DNA of 64,000 nt from Octopus vulgaris (taxonomy: Eukaryota): NCBI GenBank assembly GCA_951406725.2, contig OX597832.1, positions 22,010,001 to 22,074,000 of the forward strand, read 5' to 3'. This document shows, piece by piece, positions 54,956-64,000 of this stretch. Under the pieces are notes generated by a model. That model had not been told where the DNA came from. It saw nothing but the letters and a program-made list of their open reading frames with translations, and did not search any database. Position 1 is the stretch's first letter, and every line of letters starts with the position of its first letter. The translations under genes and the position numbers were made by a program.

Positions 54956-55870
54956 TTTTTGTTGTTATTATTACAGCCGCTGTTATTGTTGTTCTTTGTT
55001 TCTCTCTCTCTCTCTCTGGCCTGGTTTTAATAATTGCTGTTGTTAATAATAAACAAGCGTAGGTGTGGTTGTATGGCTAAGAAGCTCGCTTCCTAACCAT
55101 CTGATCTTGAGTCCAGTGCCATGGCACACCATTTCAGGCAAGTGTCTTTGAATATAGCCCCAGGCTGACCAAAGCTTTGTGAGTGGATTTGGTAGACGGT
55201 AACTATGTGGAATAGCATAGTGTGTGTGTGTGTGTGTGTGTGCATATATCTTTTACTCGTTTGTCATTTGACTGCGGCCATGCTGGGGCACTGCTTTGAA
55301 GAGTTTTTTTTAGTCAAACAAATTGATCTCAGGACTTATTTTTTAAAGCCTAATACTTATTTTACTGGTCTCTAGGGTTGGTGCGTTTACGGGGTCATAA
55401 ACACACCGACACTGGTTGTCAAGAAATGGTGGGAGACAAATACACACACACACACACATGCACATATACACACATGATGGGCTTCTTTCAGTTTCTGTCT
55501 ACCAAATACACTTACAAGGCTTTGGTCGGCCCGAGGCTAAAGTAGAGGACACCAACCCAAGGTGCCACAGTGAGATGGAACCCAGAACCATTTGGTTGGG
55601 AAGCAAGCTTCTTACGACATAGCCATGCCTACATACACAATAGAAGTTATGTGTACAAACAAATATATATATAACTGCTGTTGTTATGTATAAAGCTCCA
55701 AGTAGATTATCCTAATCCAGTCTGCTTTCTGTATAGTCATTAATTAACTACTCTACTGAGTAGCACTACCAATTACGAGTGACAGAGCAAAAGCAGGAAG
55801 AATAAAGATAAACACAAGTAGTATTTATCCTTAATTTTGTTGTGTGTATATATATATAGACATATATATC

Positions 55871-55901
<31 letters not shown>

Positions 55902-56450
55902 GTATATATATTATTTTCTCTCCCTGTTTATTTCTTTACTGCCCACAAAGGGCTACACACAGAGGGGACAAACAAGCACAGACAAACAGATTAAGTCGAT
56001 GATGTCAACCCCAATGCATAACTGGTACTTGTTTAATCGACCCTGAAAGGATGAAAGGCAAAGTCAACCTTGGCAGAATTTGAACTTAGACAAACGGATT
56101 AAGTATATTATATCAACCCCAATGCATAACTGGTACTTATTTAATCAACCCCAAAAGAATGAAAGGCAAAGTCAACCTCAGCGGATTTTGAACTCAGAAT
56201 GTAATGGTAGATGAAAGACCTATTTCTTTACTGCCCACAAGGGGCTAAACACAGAGGGGACAAACAAGGACAGACAAATGGATTAAGTCGATTATATCAA
56301 CCCCAATGCATAACTGGTACTTATTTAATCGACCCTGAAAGGATGAAAGGCAAAGTCGACCTCGGCAGAATTTGAACTCAGAACGTAGCGGCAGACAAAA
56401 TACCGCTAAGCATTTCACCCGGCATGCTAACGTTTCTGCCAGCTCGCCAC

Positions 56451-56585
56451 CTGTGTTCCTTCCTGTTGAAGAGCGCAGGCTCAAAACATAAAAGACTTTT
56501 TCACTTACTGAGCGTTAAACTAATACATCTGTTTGTTGCTTACACACCCGTCTTCGTCTTTTGTTTTTTTGTTAATTCTCACTAT
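56451..56585 (+). mobile_element. Second copy of the U6-core HHR-like element
   Basis: 56459-56494 reads CUUC-CUGUUGA-A-GAGC GCAG GCUC-AAAA-CA-UA-AAAG; downstream sequence matches the reverse complement of 46910-47000. Confidence 0.5.
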
Positions 56586-56599
56586 ATATAGATATATAT

Positions 56600-56797
56600 A
56601 TACAAAATTTAGAGGAATGACCACTAAAGTGGACACCTTATAAGCTAAACATAGATGTCAAATCGCCAATACCACAAAGAATATGTTCTCAAGAAAATGT
56701 TTTCTTGAGAACACATTCTTCGTGGTAATGGTGATTTGACATCTATGTTTAGCATACAGGGTGTCCACTTTAGTGGTCATTCCTCTAAATTTTGTAT
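56600..56797. repeat. 198-bp near-perfect palindrome
   Basis: Arms 56600-56697 and 56700-56797, 2-nt spacer, 7 mismatches in 98 bp by manual alignment. Confidence 0.95.
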
Positions 56798-57510
56798 GTA
56801 TCACAATTTTTAATCTTTGAATTTTTTAAAATATCATCACACTAGCAAGGTCATTTGTTTCCATATTTCCATGGAAAAGCATGCCCGGGGCATGGGGAAA
56901 TATTACCTCCCTTGGAATGAGGTGAGGGTCAGCAGCAGGAAAAGCAACCAGCCGTAGAAAATCCAACTCAGTAAATACCGTCCAACCCATGCAAACATGG
57001 AAAATGCGGACGGTAAAAACGATGATGGTGATATTCCCGAGTGAACTCCATAACCATGCAACCAGGCTTAGCTGAACTGAAGCTATGCAAGATAAGATGT
57101 CTTGCAAAATGCAGATCTGACCTCAGTGTTTTTCTCGTATTCATTTCTGCCTCATATACTGTTGCTGTTGGATGGTGGGTGGTGTCGCTGCTTCTGATAA
57201 TGCAACGCATGATATTCGAAGCAACGAGATATGCAACAAGATAATGACACTGATTGCAATTGTTATATATGTATATATACACACACACATCCATACATAT
57301 ATATATATATACACACACACACACATACGTATATATATATATATATATACACACACACATACATACATATATATATACACACACACACAAATAAATATAC
57401 ATATATACACACACACACAAATAAATATACATATACACACACACATACATACATACATACATACATATATGTATATACACATACACACACATATATATAC
57501 TCACACACAC

Positions 57511-57553
<43 letters not shown>

Positions 57554-57605
57554 CACACACACACACACATATATATATACACACACAGACACATATATAT
57601 ATACT

Positions 57606-57656
<51 letters not shown>

Positions 57657-58063
57657 CCACACACAGATATAAAAAGTGCAATATTAATTAGGTTTCTTTC
57701 CCTTTATGACAAGAAGTTAATTACACAGAAAGAAAGATGCTTGCCATTGATAATTATTTTAATAACTTCAAAAGTACACACACACACACACATGTACATA
57801 CAAATGTGTGTGCATGTGTGGGTGTATACATGTGTGTGTGTATGTATGTATGTATGTATACATATGAGTGTGTATGTCTGTGCATATGTGTTTATTCGAG
57901 TCTGTGTACATGTGCGTGTGTATGTATGTATGTATCTGTATGTGTGTGTATCCATCCATATTCTAAGCTGGCACGAGGGAAATAAATAGAGTAATAACAA
58001 GAGGTGAGGTCTTGTACTTCAAAAGTACAGGTAAATGTCCTATTCTATAGAACCAAGTGATAT

Positions 58064-58099
<36 letters not shown>

Positions 58100-58439
58100 C
58101 AACATCTGTGTATACAGACAAACAAATGTACATACGTATGCATACACACAAACATATATATATATACAAACAAATCTACATGTGTGTACACAAACACATA
58201 TGTATACACAAATACACATGCATATACATACAAACATACATACATACACAAAGCCCATATACAAGCATACACAGCACCACCTACGTACACGTATAGATAT
58301 AAACAATCAAAAAGAAATTATACGCATACAAGCAAACATAAACACAAACATACAGAACCACACACGCACGCATGCATGCACACAAACACACATAAATTAA
58401 ACATGTATGACAGGCGTATATACACATGAATGTACTGCA

Positions 58440-59065
58440 ACACACATACAAAATGATGTGCATTCACATACATGCATACATGAACACAAACATATACAAT
58501 CACACATACACACACACACACAAAATGATGTACATATAAACATCCACATACATGCACACACACACACACACACACAAAATGATATCATATAAACACCCAC
58601 ATATATGCACACATAAACACAAAGATACAAACACACACACACACAAAATGATGTACACATATACATCCACATACATGAACACAAACATATACAATCACAC
58701 ATACACACACACACACAAAATGATGTACATATAAACATCCACATATATGCACACATTAACACAAACATACAACCACATACACACACAAAATGATGCACAT
58801 ATAAACATCTGCACACATGCACACATGAACACACACAAACATATACAACCACACACACGCACACACACACACACAAAATGATGTACATATAAACACCCAC
58901 ATATATGCACACATAAACACAAAGATACAAACACACACACAAAATGATGTACACCTATACATCCACATACATGCATACATGAACACAAACATATACAATC
59001 CCACACACAGACACACACACACACACACACACACACACAACAGACACACACACACACACACACAC
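58440..59065. repeat. CA-based complex minisatellite
   Basis: Recurring CACAAAATGATGTACATATAAACA unit. Confidence 0.9.
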
Positions 59066-59639
59066 ATGACAGACATGTACACATCGTTAAGCAATTATAT
59101 TCCGATGGGTACGAAGAGTCGAATAATAAGATAAGTAGGTTAGTTTGCGAAAAGAAGATTATTTCAAAAAGAATTGTTTCCCATTGCTTATCAGATTCTT
59201 CAATATTTTAAAGTGTATGCGCACGTACGCACGGATGCATTTATGCATGCGTGCGTGTGCTCATGCATATACATATATATATAGTAGATGCACATGTGCA
59301 GCACGTGTGCACAAGCGTTCACTTGATGCTCTGTGTGTTAATCCCAGCTAATAAACAACGGAGATTAACTATTTTGTGACTGCGTTTCTAACGAGCTACG
59401 CTGTGTATGCACTTCAATTAATTTAATTATGCAAATTAACCAGAGCAGCGGTGGGAAAGCGGGGGCGGATATAAACAGCTTATTATCACGAAGCGAGATG
59501 AAGGTGACAAACTGGTGGATCTATAAGAATGCTAGAAAGAAATGCTCAGCAGCATTTTGTCTTTCTTTAGCGCCGAGTTCAAATTCCACCAAGGTTGACT
59601 TTGCCTATCGTCCTATCAGGGTGGGAAAGATTTTCTAAC

Positions 59640-60143
59640 TAGAAAGGGTATGGCCTGGTCAGCCTGTAATGACATGCATAAGATCCGGTCATCAAATCTA
59701 GGTAGAGACTTCAAACTTGAAATCTTCAAAGCCACAGTCGAACCAATTCTACTATATGGCTCAGAAACCTGGACGTTATCAAAGAAGCTCGAGAGGCGGT
59801 TAGATGGAACCTACACTCGCCTCCTTATGAGAGCTCAAAATCTCTCGTGGAAGCGTTATCCAACCAAAATGCAAATATATGGGAAACTACCACCTGTGTC
59901 ATCTCTTGTGAAAGGTAGGAGAGTCCAGTTTGCTGGACAATGTTGTAGAGCTGAAAATGAGGCAATTTCTACTCTTCTCCTGTGGAACCCATCCACTCGC
60001 AATACCAGAGGGCGCACACACTCCTATCTCCAAGGATACAGGCATCCAGCAACAGGACCTCCATAATGCTATGATGGACCGTGAAGTCTGGCGTAACATA
60101 GTAAATTCCACTGTCTCGACCACGGTCGAACAATGATTATGAT
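59640..60143 (+). mobile_element. RTE-like LINE 3' end
   Basis: KLEIFKATVEPILLYGSETWTLSKKLERRLDGTYTRLL...RRVQFAGQC; frameshifted near the end; short GAT-type tail. Confidence 0.9.
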
Positions 60144-60499
60144 CAGGGTGGGAAAAAAACAAGTACCAGATAAACACTGGGGGGTCAATGAAAGCAAATT
60201 GAGCCCCGCCACCTTCCTCCGAATGTCCAGGCCTTGTGCCAAAATTTGAAACCATTATTAAGCTACTGTTTGGAACATAGCTGAAGTCATCATTATTTAA
60301 TATCTGTTTTCCATGCTGGCATGGGTTAGACAAAATTTACCAACAAACAGCCATGAGAGTTGAACCCACATCCCCCAAAACACTGGCTTTCATCCCCCAA
60401 AACACCGTCCTTTCATGCTTTTAAGGTCAATGAAATAAGTACCCTTAGTCTATGCTATATATTTGTCCTGTCATGTGTATCACATGTGATAGCCTGCCT

Positions 60500-61200
60500 T
60501 TTATATTCCTAGTTCAAATCTGGTTGAGGTCAATTTGAGCTTTCGTCCTTTTTGGATCAATAAAATAATTTATTTCAGTTGTTTACATTCTGAGTTCAAA
60601 TGCGGGTGAGGTGAGCTTGGGTTTTCATTGTTCTTGGGTCAATAAAATAATTTATTTCAGTTGTTTACATTCTGAGTTCAAATCCAGGCTGAGGTGAGCT
60701 TGAGTTTTCATTGTTCTTGGGTCAATAAAATAACTTATTTCTGCTGTTTACATTCTGAGTTCAAATCCAGGCTGAGGTGAGCTTGAGTTTTCATTGTTCT
60801 TGGGTCAATAAAATAACTTATTTCTGCTGTTTACATTCTGAGTTCAAATCCAGGCGGAGGTGAGCTTGAGCTTTCATTGTTCTTGGATCAATAAAATAAC
60901 TTATTTCTGCTGTTTACATTCTGAGTTCAAATCCAGTATGAGGTGAGCTTGAGTTTTCATTGTTCTTGGGTCAATAAAATAACTTATTTCTGCTGTTTAC
61001 ATTCTGAGTTCAAATCCAGGCTGAGGTGAGCTTGAGTTTTCATTGTTCTTGGGTCAATAGAATAATTTATTTCAGTTGTTTACATTCTGAGTTCAAATCC
61101 AGGCTGGGGTGAGCTTGAGCTTTCATTGTTCTTGGGTCAATAGAATAACTTATTTCTGCTGTTTACATTCTGAGTTCAAATCCGGCTGAGGTCAGCTTGA
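60500..61200 (+). repeat. 83-bp minisatellite (~8.5 units) derived from a SINE segment
   Basis: TTCTGAGTTCAAAT recurs every 82-83 bp (60588, 60670, 60753...61168); the unit resembles the start of the ~183-bp SINE unit. Confidence 0.9.
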
Positions 61201-61491
61201 CCTACTTCATAGTTGATTTATCACTTTTGATTCTAACCTGCTCAAAACTGTCTCTGGTTCTGATACAAACTTCCTGTTTTAAAATTATCTTAATTAAAAC
61301 CTTCAATCAAAATTCCATTTTAATATGTTCCAAACACCGGGTTAATCATACATTATTCATTCTTGTCAAAATTAATTGAAACAAAGCCAGTGTCTTTGAA
61401 CAGAAATCTGGTAATGAAAGACTTCATCAACTGCCTCTGGTATCTCCCAGTCTCCTTGAAGCAAGAGAATGGCTGAAGAAAGAGATTAGCT

Positions 61492-61716
61492 CTCTTTACT
61501 CTTTACTCGTTTCAGTCATTTCACTGCGGCCATTCTGGAGCACTGCTGTTTTAGTCGAGCAAATCGACCCCAGGACTTATTCTTTGTAAGCCTAGTACTT
61601 ATTTTGTCAGTCTCTTTTGCCAAACCGCTAGATTACGGGGACGTAAACACACCAGCGTCGGTTGTCAAGCGATATTGGAGGGACAAACACAGAGACACAA
61701 ACACACATATACGTAA

Positions 61717-61767
<51 letters not shown>

Positions 61768-61915
61768 GCTTTTTTCAGTTTCTGTCTACCAAATCCAATC
61801 ACAAGGCTTCAGTCAGCCCGAGGCTATAGTAGAAGACACTCGCCCAAGGTGCCACGCAGTGGGACTGAACCTGGAACCATGTGGTTCATAAGCAAGCTAC
61901 TTACCACACAGACAC
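61492..61915 (-). mobile_element. Full-length dominant SINE copy
   Basis: Reverse complement of the 31164-31555 family. Confidence 0.9.
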
Positions 61916-62224
61916 GCCGGCACATCTACTTATTATTATTATTTATTTATTTTCTTGTACATGCCTGGGAGTTGATGAGGGGCCAGCCAAGGATTCCAAG
62001 AAGGGGACGATGGTTTAAAATGTTTGGGGACCCCCCTTGGTTTAGACACTGGAATAGTATCAGACTGGTTAATCCAGAAACGGTAAAAACCTCAAGACAC
62101 AACCGGCACTAATACACTACAAGATAAATATAAGTGGAAGCAAGAAGCAAGCAAATCAGACAACTTCTAGCTTCATGGTGGTGGTTCTTACATTCACGTT
62201 CTGATTACCAGGAATGCAGCACCA

Positions 62225-62276
<52 letters not shown>

Positions 62277-62357
62277 ATATATATGTATGTATATATGTAT
62301 GTATGTATATATATATGTATATATATATATGTATATATGTCTATATGTATATATGTG

Positions 62358-62390
<33 letters not shown>

Positions 62391-62805
62391 GTATATATGT
62401 GTATATGTATGTATATATATATATATATGTATATGTATATATGTGTATATGTGTATATGTATATATGTGTGTATGTATATATGTGTATGTATATATATAT
62501 ATATGTGTATATATACATATATATATATACATACATATACATACATATATATATGTATATATATATATATATATATACATACATATACATACACATACAT
62601 ATACATACACATACATACACATATATATATGTATATATAATAGTTATCGCCATACTAATATGGCATTCTTATAAAAATAAGAATAAAGCTGTCCGCTTAT
62701 TAGCTCCATGAGGCCATCGCCTTAAGTTAGCTATTTGATACACAAACTGTATCCATATAACCTTCGAACAAGGGAGGTCAGTCGCTCCACACTACTTGAC
62801 CGACA

Positions 62806-62847
62806 GCTACAGACGCGTTTCGGGGTATTGCCCCTTTTCAATGTAGC
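62806..62847 (-). ncRNA. Minimal type I hammerhead ribozyme, U3-A8 core variant
   Basis: Minus strand GCUACA-UUGAAAA-GGGG CAAUA CCCC-GAAA-CGCG-UC^UGUAGC: 6-bp helix I, 4-bp helix II, palindromic CGCG loop III, GUC cleavage triplet. Confidence 0.85.
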
Positions 62848-62981
62848 GTGTTCTCTATTAGAGAGACTTAGTAATTTTAATATTTCTATTATTGAAAACA
62901 AGTGGATGTATTCCACCGAAACTTGGTAAATAAAACCTTCGAACAGAGATTGTCAGAAGCGACACCTACTGGTCTGACTAC

Positions 62982-63023
62982 GCTACATTGAAAAGGGACA
63001 ATACCCCGAAACGCGTCTGTAGC
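62982..63023 (+). ncRNA. Minimal type I hammerhead ribozyme, U3-A8 core variant (second, inverted copy)
   Basis: GCUACA-UUGAAAA-GGGA CAAUA CCCC-GAAA-CGCG-UC^UGUAGC; one helix II substitution relative to the minus-strand copy. Confidence 0.8.
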
Positions 63024-63297
63024 TGTCGGTCAAGTAGTGTGGAGCGACTGACCTCCCTTGTTCGAAGGTTATATGGATACAGTTTGTGTATCAAATAGCT
63101 AACTTAAGGCGATGGCCTCATGGAGCTAATAAGCAGACAGTTTTATTCTTATTTTTATAAGAATGCCATATTAGTATGGATAACTTTTTTTTTATAATTT
63201 TTATAAGAATGCCATATTAGTATGGCGATAACTATTATTTTCCGGGAACACTGCCGTGTTCTCTATTGGAGAGACTTAGTAATTTTAATATTTCTAT

Positions 63298-63333
<36 letters not shown>

Positions 63334-63862
63334 CATACATATTTACATATATATATAAATATGTATATACACACACATATAAATATGCCACTATTAGAAT
63401 CCAGAGCTTACAGTACTTTCCACTGTGCGATATTGGTTACTATGTAAACAAACTAGTTACATGCCCACACCCTGTGACTGTGACATGTCACATGACTTGG
63501 ATTTTGTAATGAAACTGATGTCTACACACAGACTGTGGGGATTGTCATTCACTGAAGTCTCTTGTTCTGCGATAGCAATACCGTTTAAGACTGGAGGAAA
63601 ACCAAGAGCTTAAGATGAGTTCACGTGCACAAGCATACTAATGTTTAATGCATACACACACACATACATACACAGTTACATAAGTATGTATGACAATATA
63701 TATATATATGTAAATATATACATACAGGTATTTATACACATATATACATAGACATGCATAAACATATCTATAGACACACACACACATATATAGACACACA
63801 CATACATACATACATCTATAGACACACACATACATACATACATCTATAGACACATGCATATG

Positions 63863-63897
<35 letters not shown>

Positions 63898-64000
63898 ACA
63901 GATACACATATATATATCAACAGACACATATACATACATACATACATACATACATGCATATATATACATACATATACATACATGCATACACATACATATA

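Larger units (their letters stand above)
62639..63300. mobile_element. Non-autonomous Penelope-like pseudo-LTR / retrozyme-like element with inverted and partial tandem repeats
   Basis: Inverted repeat of about 205 bp (62643-62849 vs 62980-63185). A 46-bp direct repeat (62847-62892 vs 63255-63300, 1 mismatch). An HHR in each arm. TA-rich microsatellite on both sides. Confidence 0.7.

Noticed and set aside
56968-59094. Numerous [12 protein letters not shown] ORFs here and throughout the window
   Set aside because: Translations of (TA)n/(CA)n dinucleotide repeats.
60500-61200. CRISPR-like regular repeat
   Set aside because: Whole units repeat with no unique spacers; eukaryotic context, SINE-derived, no cas genes.

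Overview
AT-rich, repeat-dense metazoan genomic DNA. From recalled SINE sequences (no database search) it is most likely an octopus. The only host coding sequence I can support is one 156-nt minus-strand exon (24822-24977), missed by the ORF track, encoding the Nudix box of a DIPP/NUDT3-family diphosphoinositol polyphosphate phosphohydrolase. I found no other exon of that gene, so most of the window is probably long intron. The rest is microsatellites, tRNA-derived SINEs, 3' ends of RTE and CR1 LINEs, and Tc1/mariner, piggyBac-like, hAT and Helentron-type non-autonomous elements. Nearly all listed ORFs are microsatellite or SINE artefacts. The most notable unexplained signal is a set of at least 7 loci with minimal type I hammerhead-ribozyme (HHR) folds of the Penelope-associated kind. 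Their cores are non-canonical (U3-A8, C4, U6), several sit in head-to-head inverted duplications within microsatellites, and one family fuses a tRNA-like Pol III head to the HHR. Repeat boundaries are approximate.
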